Positions 27,159-40,071 of a stretch of 64,000 nucleotides of DNA are shown here, in pieces. The stretch is from assembly GCA_044371315.1 (NCBI GenBank), contig JBILTX010000001.1:1907-65906 (forward strand). The letters run 5' to 3'. Position 1 is the first letter of the stretch, and each line of letters starts with the position of its first letter. The DNA comes from Alphaproteobacteria bacterium (GTDB lineage: Bacteria > Pseudomonadota > Alphaproteobacteria > JAJTHO01 > CANGYM01). The notes below the pieces were generated by a model. The model saw only the letters and a list, made by a program, of their open reading frames with translations, made no database searches and was not told the DNA's origin. A program made the translations under genes and the position numbers.

Positions 27159-29975
27159 GGATACCCCCTGAATGACAGAGGCACACCGGTCACACAGGTT
27201 GGGTGTGGCATGATCCTGAGGGGTCAGATCCTCATGACGCCAGCACCGCTGGCATTTTTCCCGCATTGATTTTGATATCGAAACAAGGGGTGCCACAATC
27301 GTTTCGTTTTCAATATAATCAATGTGCGAAACAAGGGCGACCTCTGTCAGGTTAAAATAATCAGCCGTTTTACGATCGTTAGGGTGAAGTTCTAGGGTAA
27401 CATCAGCCTCAAGATTGGCTTTGATGTCTCCTTTTTTTCTTGCCTGTTCAAGGGATTGTAGGACTTGGGCCCGAAGGTTCAAGAGGGATTCCCCGTGTTC
27501 GGCCAAAGAGGGATTGTCCCATGTCGTCGGCAGAGGGGGGGTATCCAGCAAATGCACGCTGCCATGTTCATGATCCAAAAGATACAGCTCTTCTGCTGTA
27601 AAACAGAGCAGGGGGGCCAGCCAGCGCAGAAGGCTGTCGTATAAATGGCGTAAAACGGTGCGCGTGGCCCGACGTTTTGGGCTATGTGTCCCCTCACAGT
27701 ATAAGGTGTCCTTGCGGATATCAAAATAAAACGAAGATAGGATGCTGCTGCAAAAGGTGTGAAGCTTTTGATAAAATTCAGAAAATTCAAAGGTGGATTG
27801 TAGGGCTTGCCAGTCATGATCAAGGGCTTTCAAGTGGTGCAAGACCCATTGTTCCAACGGGGGCAGGGCGCCATATTCGATCGTTTCGCTATCGAACCAA
27901 AAGCGAAGGTTGCCATGCAAAAAGCGCATGGTGTTACGAAAACGTCGATAAATATCGGCGTAGTGGTCGAACAATGTTTTTTGAACGTGGACATCATGGC
28001 TGGTGTCTGAAAAGACCGCCCATAGCCTGAGAATGTCCGCGCCGTAGGCTTTGACGATATCTTGGGGGGCGACAACATTCCCCAAAGATTTAGACATTTT
28101 TCGTCCCTGATGATCCAAAACAAACCCGTGTGTCATCAGGTTTTTATAGGGGGCCTGCCCCAACAGCGCAGATCCCACCAGCAAAGACGATTGAAACCAG
28201 CCGCGATGTTGGTCGGACCCTTCCAAATAAAGGTCTGCGGGGACCTGCTCAGAGTCCAGAGCAAAGCTAAACGTTGTGCCGCTATCAAACCAGACATCCA
28301 AAATATCATGGGATTTTTCGTAATCATGGGGGTTTAAATCCAGTCCCTCAAAGAAAACCTCCAGCGGGGTTTCAAACCATGCATCACATCCCTTTTCGGC
28401 GATGACGTTGGCAACACGATCAATAAACGTTTGAATGATTGCGGGATTTTTGGGGATTTCCCCCGTTTCTTTATGCTGAACAATGGTTAACGGAACCCCC
28501 CACAGGCGTTGACGGGACAAACACCAGTCGGGACGAGACGCCACCATAGAGGTCAGACGTGTGCGACTTTTGGAGGGGAAAAACCCCACGCGATGCAGAC
28601 TGCGCAGAGCAACCTCACGCAGGCTCAGCCCTGAATCCATAGGTTGATCCATGGTGACGAACCATTGTGGAGTCAGCAGCGTGATTAAGGGGGCTTTGGA
28701 TCGCCAAGAATGCGGGTAACTATGCACAAAAGGGCGTTCCCCCAAAAGGCGATGGTTGGTTTTGAGGTGTTCTAGAATCGCCGGCGTCACCTTAAAAATA
28801 TGCTGTCCCCCAAAATGGGGAACGTTTTGGGTGTAAAGGCCTTCCCGTGTTACAATTTGGGGGAAATGATTTTGAAAAAAGGCGATGGTTTCTAGGCGGT
28901 GTTGCAAACGGGGCTCTTCGGTTAAAGGCGAGCGCATCAAAAGAAAATCATCTTCACCATGGGCGGGGGCGATGTGAACAATCCCTGTGCCCTGATCATC
29001 GGTGATAAAGGTTGCGGGGTATACGCAGGAATACCAAGACAGCCCTTTGTTGGTATCAAGCGGAAAGGGCCGCTCACACAGGGTGCCGACTAAGGAATGC
29101 CCAAGAATGTCTTGTATGACATCAAAAGATATACCGCAGGCAGACGAAAAGGCCTGGACGCGTTGACGCAAGACCACAAAATGATGTCCGTCAGGATGAC
29201 GCAGCAGAGCGTAAAGCAAATCAGGGTGCACCGCCAGCCCCGCATTGGCCGGCAAGGTCCAAGGGGTTGTGGTCCAAGCGACCAAAGATGTTTCAGGCGG
29301 CAAATCTCCCTCAATCACGGGAAAAGCAACATAGGCTTCGGTGGATGTTTTTTCGTGGTATTCTATTTCGGCCTCTGCAAGGGCCGTTTGTTCAACCGTT
29401 GACCACCAAACGGGGCGAACCCCTTGGGTAATCAGATTTTTTTCCCATAGTTTTCCAAAAGCCCGAACAATGGCCGCTTCGTTGTCAAAGTCCATGGTTA
29501 AATAAGGGTGATCCCAGAGACCATCAACACCCAGACGTTGAAATTCCTCGTTTTGGTGATTGGACCATTGCTCGGCATAGCTGCGGCATTCTTCGCGAAA
29601 GTCACGCAAGGAAACATCGGCTTTTTTCTTTTTTTGGGCTTGGTATTGCTCCTCAATTTTCCATTCGATGGGCAGGCCGTGACAATCCCACCCTGGGCGA
29701 AAACGAACATGGCGCCCCATCATGCGATGATAGCGGTTTAGGAGATCCTTTAAAATTTTCCCCATGGCATGACCCAGATGGATGGGGCCATTGGCATAGG
29801 GCGGCCCATCGTGCAGCACAAAGGGACGGGCCCCTTGGTTTTTCTGCGTTAAGGACGCATATAAATTTTGTGACTGCCAGCGGGCCAAAATATCCCCTTC
29901 CTTTTGGGGAAGGCCGGCTTTCATGGGCAGAGGGGTTTCCGGAAGGAACAGGGTATGACGATAATCGGTGTTCAT
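27156..29975 (-). CDS. ileS: isoleucine--tRNA ligase
   Basis: HLGH (PIHLGHAMGK) and KMSKS (KMSKSLGN) class I motifs. 939 aa with C-terminal Zn-binding cysteines. Confidence 0.95.
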   Translation of the reverse strand: MNTDYRHTLFLPETPLPMKAGLPQKEGDILARWQSQNLYASLTQKNQGARPFVLHDGPPYANGPIHLGHAMGKILKDLLNRYHRMMGRHVRFRPGWDCHGLPIEWKIEEQYQAQKKKKADVSLRDFREECRSYAEQWSNHQNEEFQRLGVDGLWDHPYLTMDFDNEAAIVRAFGKLWEKNLITQGVRPVWWSTVEQTALAEAEIEYHEKTSTEAYVAFPVIEGDLPPETSLVAWTTTPWTLPANAGLAVHPDLLYALLRHPDGHHFVVLRQRVQAFSSACGISFDVIQDILGHSLVGTLCERPFPLDTNKGLSWYSCVYPATFITDDQGTGIVHIAPAHGEDDFLLMRSPLTEEPRLQHRLETIAFFQNHFPQIVTREGLYTQNVPHFGGQHIFKVTPAILEHLKTNHRLLGERPFVHSYPHSWRSKAPLITLLTPQWFVTMDQPMDSGLSLREVALRSLHRVGFFPSKSRTRLTSMVASRPDWCLSRQRLWGVPLTIVQHKETGEIPKNPAIIQTFIDRVANVIAEKGCDAWFETPLEVFFEGLDLNPHDYEKSHDILDVWFDSGTTFSFALDSEQVPADLYLEGSDQHRGWFQSSLLVGSALLGQAPYKNLMTHGFVLDHQGRKMSKSLGNVVAPQDIVKAYGADILRLWAVFSDTSHDVHVQKTLFDHYADIYRRFRNTMRFLHGNLRFWFDSETIEYGALPPLEQWVLHHLKALDHDWQALQSTFEFSEFYQKLHTFCSSILSSFYFDIRKDTLYCEGTHSPKRRATRTVLRHLYDSLLRWLAPLLCFTAEELYLLDHEHGSVHLLDTPPLPTTWDNPSLAEHGESLLNLRAQVLQSLEQARKKGDIKANLEADVTLELHPNDRKTADYFNLTEVALVSHIDYIENETIVAPLVSISKSMREKCQRCWRHEDLTPQDHATPNLCDRCASVIQGVS

Positions 29976-29986
29976 AGAATGGATTT

Positions 29987-30910
29987 TTAAAGGTCACCAA
30001 AACATTGCCGTGCGCGTCGACAGTCTTCTTCTATACATGCTTTCAGGGTGGGAAGCGATGGAAATTTCATTTCGGGGCGCAGGAAGTGATGGAAAGACAC
30101 GTGGAGGGTATCCCCGTAAAGATCGTTTTGAAAGTCAAACAAATGAACCTCAAGGCGTTCTTGCGTCCCCCCAACCGTGGGACGAAGGCCCACATTGGCC
30201 ACGCCATAATGCCGATGTTGCCGCCATTGGATGGTGACAGCGTAAGCCCCAGCATGCGGGGGTAAAAATGAGTCTAAGGATAGATTGGCCGTGGGAAAGC
30301 CCAAGGTGCGGCCCAGACGATCTCCGGCAATCACAGGACCGGTGATGGTATAGGGACGCCCTAAAAGATGATTGGCTTTTTTCAGGTTTCCTTCCCTTAA
30401 CAGTCGGCGAATGGTGGTGGAGGCACAAACGGTTCCCTCCTCATCGACCCATGGGGCGGCAACGGTGACGCCAAAACCCAAACGTTCCCCAAGATGCCGG
30501 AGTGTTTGAACATTGCCGCTGCGTCCATGTCCAAAAGCAAAATCTGGCCCCACCACTACGTGACCCACACGTAGGCCCTGCACCAAAAACTCTTGGGCAA
30601 AGTGTTCGGGGGATTGCTCAGCAAAGGGGCCATCAAATGTCTGGTGCCACAAAAAATCCAGCCCTTCTTCTTTAAGATATTGTTCTTTTTGAGATTGAGA
30701 TGTCAGGTGAAAAGGGTTTCGGGAAGGATGAAAAAAATCTCGGGGGTGGGGATCAAAGGTTATTGCGCCAAAGAAACGAAAATGCACAAATTGTTTTGAT
30801 ATAGAAATGACATGGGCGTGCCCCCGATGAACACCGTCAAAGTTCCCGAGGGCCACGCTGCAGCCAGGGTGTTGAAAATCGGAAAAACAGGCATTTTGGT
30901 AGATTTTCAT
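29987..30910 (-). CDS. ribF: bifunctional riboflavin kinase / FAD synthetase
   Basis: N-terminal ALGNFDGVHRGH FAD-synthetase motif and a C-terminal riboflavin kinase domain. Length is 307 aa. Confidence 0.9.
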   Translation of the reverse strand: MKIYQNACFSDFQHPGCSVALGNFDGVHRGHAHVISISKQFVHFRFFGAITFDPHPRDFFHPSRNPFHLTSQSQKEQYLKEEGLDFLWHQTFDGPFAEQSPEHFAQEFLVQGLRVGHVVVGPDFAFGHGRSGNVQTLRHLGERLGFGVTVAAPWVDEEGTVCASTTIRRLLREGNLKKANHLLGRPYTITGPVIAGDRLGRTLGFPTANLSLDSFLPPHAGAYAVTIQWRQHRHYGVANVGLRPTVGGTQERLEVHLFDFQNDLYGDTLHVSFHHFLRPEMKFPSLPTLKACIEEDCRRARQCFGDL

Positions 30911-31038
30911 GGGATAAATTTTGGAAAAACCTTAACAGAGTATGGGGGGGCTAAGAGCGTTTGCCTCCTTAGGGGAAGTGTGTTACAAGGAAAGCCGTCT
31001 GACCCCAACATAAATTTCTAAAGAGAGAGCTTTCAGGC

Positions 31039-31698
31039 ATGACCACCAAAAAACTACAAGATCCCGAAGAAATCAAGGATTTGATGCGCGAAGTTGAAGA
31101 CGATATGGCCTTTGAATCCCTAAAAAAAGGGATGAAGCGCTTTGGGCCAGCGATAGCGGTTCTGGTTATGGCGATTCTTTTGGCGATGGGTGGGGGCTCT
31201 TGGTACCATAACAGGCAGGATCAAAAAGCCTTGCAGGCAGAGGACGTTTTTATTCGCTTGGTTTATCCGGACGCAGAAAATAGCAAAGGGGATGTGAGGG
31301 ACGAGGATTTGGTATTTTCCTCAGGATATCAGACATTGGTAGCCTTTGCGGAGGGCCAGCGGCATCTCAGCCACGATCGCCCTGCAGAGGCATGGGACAT
31401 CTGGCAGAAATCCCTTAAAAACGCCCCGCTTCCTTTGCGGAATCTTTTGGTGGTGGCGTCGGGGTCCTTGCCCAAGGGCGATGCTGGCAAAGGCATCCCT
31501 GAGGAAAGTTTGCAGGCCTTGGCACAAAGCCAAACATCATCGTGGCGCTTTTTGGCCCAAGAGGCCAGAGCCTTCGGCCTTTATGCCGCAGGGGATAAGG
31601 CTGGTGCCAAAAAAATTTGGGATGAACTTGCTAAAACAGAGGGCCTTCCTTCGGGGCTGCGGGATCGAACCCAAACGATGCTCAAGAGTTTCATATGA
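31039..31698 (+). CDS. YfgM-like membrane-anchored TPR-like protein
   Basis: A single TM helix after an acidic N-terminus. It sits directly upstream of the BamB-like gene with a 4-bp overlap, as in yfgM-bamB arrangements. Confidence 0.55.
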   Translation: MTTKKLQDPEEIKDLMREVEDDMAFESLKKGMKRFGPAIAVLVMAILLAMGGGSWYHNRQDQKALQAEDVFIRLVYPDAENSKGDVRDEDLVFSSGYQTLVAFAEGQRHLSHDRPAEAWDIWQKSLKNAPLPLRNLLVVASGSLPKGDAGKGIPEESLQALAQSQTSSWRFLAQEARAFGLYAAGDKAGAKKIWDELAKTEGLPSGLRDRTQTMLKSFI

Positions 31699-32993
31699 TG
31701 GGGCGGGGCGCGATGTTTCGGCCTTCTTTGGGTTTGATTTTGGGCTGCACTATGGTTTTTTCTGCCTGTGCTTCCTCTGAGGATCCTGAAAACAAGGTTG
31801 TGGGTGACCGTATTGCGGTGTTTGAGGACCATCAAGAGACGTTAAAACCCAAAGAAGGTGCTCAGATCGAGTTATCAGAACCCGTGGATCGAGCCATTTG
31901 GCCTATGGTTTCTGGCAATGCCACCCACCAGATGGGCCAAATGGTGCTGGATGATCATTTGAAACGTTTGTGGGATGTGGATTTAGAGGATTTTGAGTCC
32001 AGTGAGGACGGAACTCTGTCTCAGCCCGTCATCAATGAAGGTCGCATGATCGTGATGGACGCGACCTCTGTGGTTTTTGCATTGGATCAAAAAACAGGAA
32101 AAGCGTTGTGGAAGACGCCCTTAGCGCCCTCTACAGAACAGGATGTTGTTTTGGATGGAGGGGGGGTCGCCGCCACGGAATCCAAGGTTTTTGCCGCAAC
32201 GGGGTATGGCGAGTTTTTGGTGTTGAAAGCAGAAACAGGGGAGGTGCTTTGGCGTCTTGCTTTGCCTGCTTCCCCAGCCTCTGCCCCGACCTTTGAAGGC
32301 GACTATGTTTATATAACCACAAAATCCAATCAGGTGGTGGCGATTTCTCTGGGCACCAAGGCCATCGCGTGGGTTTATACAGGTCTGCAGCAATCAACAG
32401 GGGTTGCCGGTGGTGCTGCGCCCGCCATTTTTGATCAGACGGTGGTGGCGGCTCTTTCATCAGGGGAGGTTGTGGCCATTCATAAAGATACGGGCCGTTC
32501 CCTTTGGTTTGATTCGCTCAGCGAAGACAGTACGTTGGGGCTTTCGGATATCGTTGCTGATCCTGTTTTGGCGTATAATCGGGTCTTTGCGGCCCCTGTT
32601 GGCGGGGGGTATTTCACGGCTCTCAGTCTGGCAACGGGCACACGCCTCTGGCAGCATTCTGTGGGCCTTGTGTATCCCCCTGCTGTCGCCGGCAACGGTA
32701 TTTTTGTCACCACGTCGGATCAGAAGGCTATGGCCTTTACCGTCAAAGGGGATTTGGTATGGACGGTTTCCCTGCCCAAAGACGATGATCAGATGTGGTT
32801 TGGCCCCCTTGTGGCCGGATCAAAAGTTTTGGTTTTGAATCACCAAGGGGACCTTTTGGTCCTAAGCCCCACCACAGGTCAAACCTTGAGCACGTTATCC
32901 TTAGGCGACGAAGTGGCGGCGCCGCCGTTGATTACTCAAAAAACGCTGTTTGTGCTGACAAAAAAAGGGCGCATTTTGGCATATGGTTCTTAA
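31695..32993 (+). CDS. bamB: PQQ-like beta-propeller lipoprotein, BamB-like outer membrane assembly factor
   Basis: Lipoprotein signal sequence, then repeated beta-propeller blades (VVALDQKTGKALW, VLKAETGEVLW, AIHKDTGRSLW, ALSLATGTRLW). Confidence 0.75.
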   Translation: MMGRGAMFRPSLGLILGCTMVFSACASSEDPENKVVGDRIAVFEDHQETLKPKEGAQIELSEPVDRAIWPMVSGNATHQMGQMVLDDHLKRLWDVDLEDFESSEDGTLSQPVINEGRMIVMDATSVVFALDQKTGKALWKTPLAPSTEQDVVLDGGGVAATESKVFAATGYGEFLVLKAETGEVLWRLALPASPASAPTFEGDYVYITTKSNQVVAISLGTKAIAWVYTGLQQSTGVAGGAAPAIFDQTVVAALSSGEVVAIHKDTGRSLWFDSLSEDSTLGLSDIVADPVLAYNRVFAAPVGGGYFTALSLATGTRLWQHSVGLVYPPAVAGNGIFVTTSDQKAMAFTVKGDLVWTVSLPKDDDQMWFGPLVAGSKVLVLNHQGDLLVLSPTTGQTLSTLSLGDEVAAPPLITQKTLFVLTKKGRILAYGS

Positions 32994-32995
32994 GG

Positions 32996-33652
32996 CTAGG
33001 GGGCTTGTGGCTTAGCCAGAGGCGATTGCCCTTGGAAAAAAGCACAGTCATCACGGATCAGGCAGGTGTTACAAAGGGGATTTCGCGCTTTGCAGGTATA
33101 CCGTCCATGTAGAATCAGCCAGTGATGGGCGTTTTTCTGGTAAATCTCTGGTATGACTTTTAAAAGACGATCTTCAACGGCTCTGGGTGTTTTCCCTAGG
33201 GCTAGGCCTGTTCTTTGAGCGACGCGGAAAATATGGGTATCAACGGCAATGGTGGCATGCCCAAAAGCTGTGTTTAGAACGACATTGGCGGTTTTGCGCC
33301 CCACCCCAGGCAAGGCCTCTAAAGCCTCTCGGTCATCGGGGACGTGCCCTTGGTGGTGCTCGCAAAGCAGACGGCATGTTTGAAAAAGATGTTTGGCTTT
33401 GCTGCGAAATAAATTGAGACTTTTTAAAAGAGAGGTTAAACGCTCCTCCCCCAGTGCCAACATGGTTTGTGGAGTATCGGCAAGGGCAAACAGGGGCCGC
33501 GTGACAATGTTGACTTGTTTATCGGTGCTTTGGGCCGATAGCATGACCGCCACCAAAAGGGTGAAGGGCGAGTGATACATCAACTCGGTTTTGGGCTCTG
33601 GACAGGATTTTTGAAAAATTTCAAAAATGCGGACAACGGCCTCGGGGGTCAT
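32996..33652 (-). CDS. nth: endonuclease III
   Basis: HhH-GPD motif LPGVGRKTANVVL and a C-terminal 4Fe-4S cluster C-x6-C-x2-C-x5-C. Confidence 0.9.
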   Translation of the reverse strand: MTPEAVVRIFEIFQKSCPEPKTELMYHSPFTLLVAVMLSAQSTDKQVNIVTRPLFALADTPQTMLALGEERLTSLLKSLNLFRSKAKHLFQTCRLLCEHHQGHVPDDREALEALPGVGRKTANVVLNTAFGHATIAVDTHIFRVAQRTGLALGKTPRAVEDRLLKVIPEIYQKNAHHWLILHGRYTCKARNPLCNTCLIRDDCAFFQGQSPLAKPQAP

Positions 33653-33674
33653 GGCAAGCCGTTTGCCTCAATCC

Positions 33675-34841
33675 TTACACAGCCAGCAGCATGCGCTCGG
33701 GGTCTTCCATCATGTCCTTGAGTCTGACCAAAAAGGTCACGGCTTCTTTCCCATCAATAATGCGGTGATCATAGGACAAAGCCACATACATCATCTGACG
33801 GATCACAATCTGATCTTTGACCACGACGGGACGGGGCTGGACTTTGTGCAATCCCAAAATGCCAGACTGGGGGGTGTTTAAAATGGGCGTGGATAGCAGG
33901 GATCCATAAACTCCCCCATTGGTGATGGTAAAGGTGCCCCCGTTCATATCCTCAATAGACAGTTTGCCATTGCGGGCTTTAACGGCCAGATCTGCGATGG
34001 TTTTTTCAATGCCCGCCAGACTAAGGATATCCGCATCCCGCACAACCGGCACAACCAGCCCTGCATCGGTGCCCACTGCAACACCGATATCATAATGATT
34101 TTTATAGATAATTTCATCACCTTCGATTTGGGCATTGACGGATGGGATATCCTGAAGCGCGGCGATGGCGGCCTTAACAAAAAAGCCCATAAAGCCCAGT
34201 TTAATGCCGTGTTTTTTCTCAAACAGGTCTTTGTGACGATTGCGCAAGTCGATGACGCGCGTCATGTCGATTTCATTAAAGGTGGTGAGGATGGCCGCTG
34301 TGTTTTGGGCTTCTTTCAGGCGTTCGGCAATGCGGGCACGAAGGCGGGTCATGCGGCGACGTTCCTCCCGCGGGGCAGAGGTGGCCGTTGCAAGGGAGGG
34401 TTGAGACAGATGGGCGACGACATCGGATTTTAAAATCTGTCCTTTTTTTCCCGTCCCAGACACATCCGCGGCGGAAAGGTTATGTTCCGCCATCATTTTG
34501 GCCGCCGCAGGGGGCACCACAGGAGAGGGAAGATCAGGAACGACCGCAGGGGACGCAGGGGAAGGCGTTTTGGCTAACGGGGGGGAGGCGGCGGCGGAAG
34601 CCACACCGTCTTCAATAATGCCCAACGTTGCCCCAATGGCAACAGTATCCCCTTCTTTAAAAGCGCAGGAGGAGAGAACACCCGCCGCAGGGGCAAAGAC
34701 CTCCACGGTCACTTTGTCCGTTTCGAGCTCGGCGATGGCTTCGTTGACGGCCACGGCCTGTCCAACGGTTTTGAACCATTTGGCAACGGTGGCTTCGGTG
34801 ATGGATTCTCCGAGGGCAGGTACAACAACAGGGGTCGTCAT
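33675..34841 (-). CDS. 2-oxoacid dehydrogenase E2 component (dihydrolipoamide acyltransferase, SucB-like), not next to any E1 or E3 gene
   Basis: Single lipoyl domain ([11 protein letters not shown]), an Ala/Pro linker, a peripheral subunit-binding domain and a catalytic domain ending in the DHRIIDG active-site motif. Confidence 0.85.
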   Translation of the reverse strand: MTTPVVVPALGESITEATVAKWFKTVGQAVAVNEAIAELETDKVTVEVFAPAAGVLSSCAFKEGDTVAIGATLGIIEDGVASAAASPPLAKTPSPASPAVVPDLPSPVVPPAAAKMMAEHNLSAADVSGTGKKGQILKSDVVAHLSQPSLATATSAPREERRRMTRLRARIAERLKEAQNTAAILTTFNEIDMTRVIDLRNRHKDLFEKKHGIKLGFMGFFVKAAIAALQDIPSVNAQIEGDEIIYKNHYDIGVAVGTDAGLVVPVVRDADILSLAGIEKTIADLAVKARNGKLSIEDMNGGTFTITNGGVYGSLLSTPILNTPQSGILGLHKVQPRPVVVKDQIVIRQMMYVALSYDHRIIDGKEAVTFLVRLKDMMEDPERMLLAV

Positions 34842-34854
34842 AATGGGGGTGTCC

Positions 34855-35802
34855 TTAATGAATCAGGGCACGAATCATGCCAGAAAAAAGCACCTTGTCA
34901 AGAACCAAGGCCGAAAACAGCGCAAACAGATAAAACAAAGAGTAACCAAACAAACGGCGGGCAGCTTTGTTTTGCTGTTCTGTGTTGGTTGTGATCAGGG
35001 GGTGAGCGAGGGATAAAAAGCGCATTCCTAGCAATAAAGCAATGGCCCCATAACCCCAAGAAACATATCCCAGCAAGGTCGGCATGAGAGAGATCCCTAC
35101 CAAAAGGATGCTGTAAATCAGGATATGCAAAACGGTGCTGGGTTTTCCCTTAACGACAGGCAGCATGGGGATGCCGACACGGGCGTAATCTTCGGCGCGG
35201 TACAGGGATAAAGCCCAAAAATGGGGCGGTGTCCAGAAAAAAACAATAAGAAACAAAGACCAAGGCAAAAGACTGTCAACGTTGCCCGTCATAGCGGCCC
35301 ATAAAATCACGGGGGGCAGGGCCCCTGCCGCCCCGCCAATCACAATGTTTTGATAGGTGGAGCGTTTCAAAACCACCGTATAAAGACCGGCGTAAAAAAC
35401 AATAGAAAACGCCAGCCAGCCTGCCGCGTACCACGATAGTGACAGGCCCATAAGCACAACGGAAAATGTTGCCAGACTTAGGGAAAAAGCCAAAGCATTC
35501 TCAGGGCTGACGGTTCCAGAGGGAATGGGACGCAGGGCGGTCCGCTCCATCTTGGCATCAATGTCGCGATCATACCACATATTGAACGCGCCGGCAGCGC
35601 CACTGCCAAAAGCAATACACAAAAGGGCCATGAAACAAGAAAAGGCATTCACATTTTCTAAAAAAGGAACTGTACAAAGGGCGGTGAAAACGACCAACTG
35701 AATGACGCGGGGTTTTAAAAGCGCCCCGTAGGGGGAAAGGGTGGCCAAAGACAGACGAATCTCTGTGAAAAAGGGGGCGAGAGAAGCTTTTAGCGTTGTC
35801 AT
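34855..35802 (-). CDS. ctaB: protoheme IX farnesyltransferase (heme O synthase)
   Basis: [20 protein letters not shown] and the UbiA-fold TM pattern. The internal start MTTLKASL is preferred; it overlaps the upstream stop in an ATGA. Confidence 0.85.
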   Translation of the reverse strand: MTTLKASLAPFFTEIRLSLATLSPYGALLKPRVIQLVVFTALCTVPFLENVNAFSCFMALLCIAFGSGAAGAFNMWYDRDIDAKMERTALRPIPSGTVSPENALAFSLSLATFSVVLMGLSLSWYAAGWLAFSIVFYAGLYTVVLKRSTYQNIVIGGAAGALPPVILWAAMTGNVDSLLPWSLFLIVFFWTPPHFWALSLYRAEDYARVGIPMLPVVKGKPSTVLHILIYSILLVGISLMPTLLGYVSWGYGAIALLLGMRFLSLAHPLITTNTEQQNKAARRLFGYSLFYLFALFSALVLDKVLFSGMIRALIH

Positions 35803-36191
35803 GCCGCATCTCCTTGCCAGAGCGACCATAAGCCCAAAAGGAAAGAGATCATGATACAAAGAACAGAAACCACGAAGGGGATCAGTCTGCGAGAAGGGGC
35901 AGAGGAGGTATAGCCCAAAGCGTAAAAAACACGGGCCGCCAGCCAAGACCAGCCCAAAATGGCTGCGGCTATGTTTTGTCCCTGTCCAGATAAAATCCAT
36001 AACAGGGGCAAAAACATAACAGTGGATTCTATGGTATTTTGTTGGGTACGAAAAACAGCCTCAAAACGCGGGTCACCACGGGTTTCAGGGGGGGTAACGC
36101 CAAATTTGTGCCGAGCACGTCCAACAGAAAATGCCAAGCCCCACAGGAAAGCACAGGTCAAAAGGGTGATGAGGGTGGGGTGAAAAGGCAT
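35799..36191 (-). CDS. MAPEG-family small membrane protein
   Basis: 130 aa and four TM helices. The RARHKFGVTPPE...ESTVMFLPLLW pattern is typical of bacterial MAPEG members. Confidence 0.6.
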   Translation of the reverse strand: MPFHPTLITLLTCAFLWGLAFSVGRARHKFGVTPPETRGDPRFEAVFRTQQNTIESTVMFLPLLWILSGQGQNIAAAILGWSWLAARVFYALGYTSSAPSRRLIPFVVSVLCIMISFLLGLWSLWQGDAA

Positions 36192-36202
36192 AAAAGGGGG
36201 CT

Positions 36203-37801
<1,599 letters not shown>

Positions 37802-38605
37802 TTAGAGATCTTTTGAAGGGGTTTTTTCTTGGATTTTTCCGCCTTTTTCTTGAATCCAAAGATCAAAGGCTTCGGGGGAGACAGCCTTGATCGCAATGGG
37901 CATAAAGGCATGCCCGACACCGCAAATTTCAGAACACTGACCGTAATACATGCCTTCTTTTTCAATGTGCGTCCATGTTTCGTTGAGGCGGCCTGGGATC
38001 GTATCCGTCTTAATGGCCAAGGAAGGCATAGCCCAACTGTGAATCACATCAGCCGAGGTTAGGATAAACTTGATTTTTGTGCCCACGGGCAAAACCAAAG
38101 GATTATCCACATCCAAAAGGCGTTTTTGACCAGGTTTTAGGTCTTTCTCTTCAATCATGTAAGAATCAAACGCCAGCCCACCATGATCAGGGTACTCATA
38201 CTGCCAGTACCATTGATGACCTGTTACCTTGACGGTGAAGGCGGTGTCTGGGGCCACATCGGTAAAATAAAGAAGCCGCATAGATGGGACAACAATCGCC
38301 ACCAAAATCAGCACAGGAATGCCGGTCCAGATGATCTCTAGCAGGGTATTATGAGAAGTTTTGGAAGGGGCCGGATTTTTGGATGCTCGAAAACGCCACG
38401 TCACATACAGCAAAAGGGCCAAAACAAAAATTGTAATAAAAAAAATAATATAAAGCAAAAGATTATGAAAATCATGGATTTTGTGAGCCACGGGGGATGA
38501 TGCTGATTGAAGAGAGAGCCCCCAAGGTTGGGGAGCAGCAAAAGAGGGTAGGGAAACCAAAGTCAAAACGGGAAGAGTGAACAATAAAAACAAAAAAGAA
38601 CGCAT
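37802..38605 (-). CDS. coxB: cytochrome c oxidase subunit II
   Basis: Signal peptide, two TM helices and the CuA site HSWAMPSLAIKTD...CSEICGVGHAFM. Confidence 0.95.
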   Translation of the reverse strand: MRSFLFLLFTLPVLTLVSLPSFAAPQPWGLSLQSASSPVAHKIHDFHNLLLYIIFFITIFVLALLLYVTWRFRASKNPAPSKTSHNTLLEIIWTGIPVLILVAIVVPSMRLLYFTDVAPDTAFTVKVTGHQWYWQYEYPDHGGLAFDSYMIEEKDLKPGQKRLLDVDNPLVLPVGTKIKFILTSADVIHSWAMPSLAIKTDTIPGRLNETWTHIEKEGMYYGQCSEICGVGHAFMPIAIKAVSPEAFDLWIQEKGGKIQEKTPSKDL

Positions 38606-38722
38606 TGACAGAAGATCTCCTCAATCATGAGAGAAAAAAAGGCAGGGTATGCACAACCTCTGATTTGGTTGTAACGGTTGGCCTTTGGCCGCGCAAGTGT
38701 TTTTTGATTTTAGTATGGCGTA

Positions 38723-39319
38723 TTAAGGGACGTTTTTTTTCTGGGGTGCTGGGTCCACCAAAGACATTTTGATAATGCGATCCGGCTGGGTGACGGTCCC
38801 ATTGTTCATGGGGTCACCTTTTTTGATGGTGTCGACAAAATTCATGCCCTCGACAACCTCGCCCCAGACAGTATATTGGCCATCCAGATGGGGGGCTGGG
38901 GCTAAGACAATGAAAAACTGACTGTCCGCGCTGTCAGGATTCATGGCGCGCGCCATGGAAACGGTACCGCGCAGGTGAGGGGCACTGGAAAATTCGGCAG
39001 CTAAGTTTTGCCCTGATCCCCCCGTGCCATCCCCCTTAGGGTCGCCGGTTTGGGCCATAAAACCATCAATAACGCGATGAAACGTCAGGCCATCATAAAA
39101 GCCCTTGGCGATCAATTCCTTAATGCGGGTCACGTGACGAGGGGCTAAGTCGGGGCGCAGCCGGATTTTCACAACACCGTCTTTGAGTTGCATATAGGCA
39201 AAAGCCGTATCGTTTTCTTGATTTTGGCCAGCAGGTGTTTCAGCTTTGGCAGATTGTGCGTTGGTCACAAAAAAAACTCCGCATATAAAAAAGAAGGATA
39301 AAAGAAAAAGGCGCATCAC
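38723..39319 (-). CDS. periplasmic cyclophilin-type peptidyl-prolyl isomerase
   Basis: Signal peptide and the FHRVIDGFMAQTGDP...GTGGSG cyclophilin signature. Confidence 0.9.
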   Translation of the reverse strand: MMRLFLLSFFFICGVFFVTNAQSAKAETPAGQNQENDTAFAYMQLKDGVVKIRLRPDLAPRHVTRIKELIAKGFYDGLTFHRVIDGFMAQTGDPKGDGTGGSGQNLAAEFSSAPHLRGTVSMARAMNPDSADSQFFIVLAPAPHLDGQYTVWGEVVEGMNFVDTIKKGDPMNNGTVTQPDRIIKMSLVDPAPQKKNVP

Positions 39320-39337
39320 AGGGGACCTTTGGGCTTC

Positions 39338-39955
39338 TTAGGCTTTGGAATAAAACTCCACAACAAGGCTGGGCTCCATCCGCACAGGATAGGGGACATC
39401 CGCCAGCTTGGGCACACCAATGAATCGGCACGAACGCTCAGAGGTGTTGACGTCCAGATAAGAGGGCACTTCCCGTTCTGAATTTTGAAGGGCCTCAAGA
39501 ATGCGGATATTGTCCTTGGAGGTATCGCGAATGGCGATGATATCGCCCTCTTGAACTTGGTAAGAGGCAATGTTGACCACTTTTCCATTGACCGTAATGT
39601 GTTTGTGGCTGACCAACTGGCGGGCGGCAAAAATAGTCACGGCGAAACAGGCGCGGTAAACCACGGCATCCAAGCGGCTTTCCAGCAAGGCAATCAGGTT
39701 TTCGCTGGTGTCCCCTTTGCGACGAACGGCTTCGTCAAAAAGACGGCGAAACTGACGTTCGTTGATGCGACCGTAATAGCCCTTTAATTTTTGCTTGGCC
39801 ATTAGCTGAATGCCGTAATCGGTCGGCTTGCTGCGACGCTGGCCGTGCTGGCCAGGGCCATAGGCGCGGGCGTTAAAGGGACTTTTCGGGCGTCCCCACA
39901 GGTTAATGCCCAAACGGCGGTCGATTTTGTACTTTGTTGTGACAATTTTTGTCAT
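39338..39955 (-). CDS. rpsD: 30S ribosomal protein S4
   Basis: [41 protein letters not shown] is a near-invariant S4 N-terminus. Confidence 0.95.
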   Translation of the reverse strand: MTKIVTTKYKIDRRLGINLWGRPKSPFNARAYGPGQHGQRRSKPTDYGIQLMAKQKLKGYYGRINERQFRRLFDEAVRRKGDTSENLIALLESRLDAVVYRACFAVTIFAARQLVSHKHITVNGKVVNIASYQVQEGDIIAIRDTSKDNIRILEALQNSEREVPSYLDVNTSERSCRFIGVPKLADVPYPVRMEPSLVVEFYSKA

Positions 39956-40071
39956 GCGTGCAAATCCCAAAAAGTAAAAATAAGGATGGCACTATAAAAC
40001 CTCCGCTGGATTTGTCAAATGCTTTTCCGGTGCCTGTCAAAGCAAATTACAAATGTCCTCATTTGTGGGTG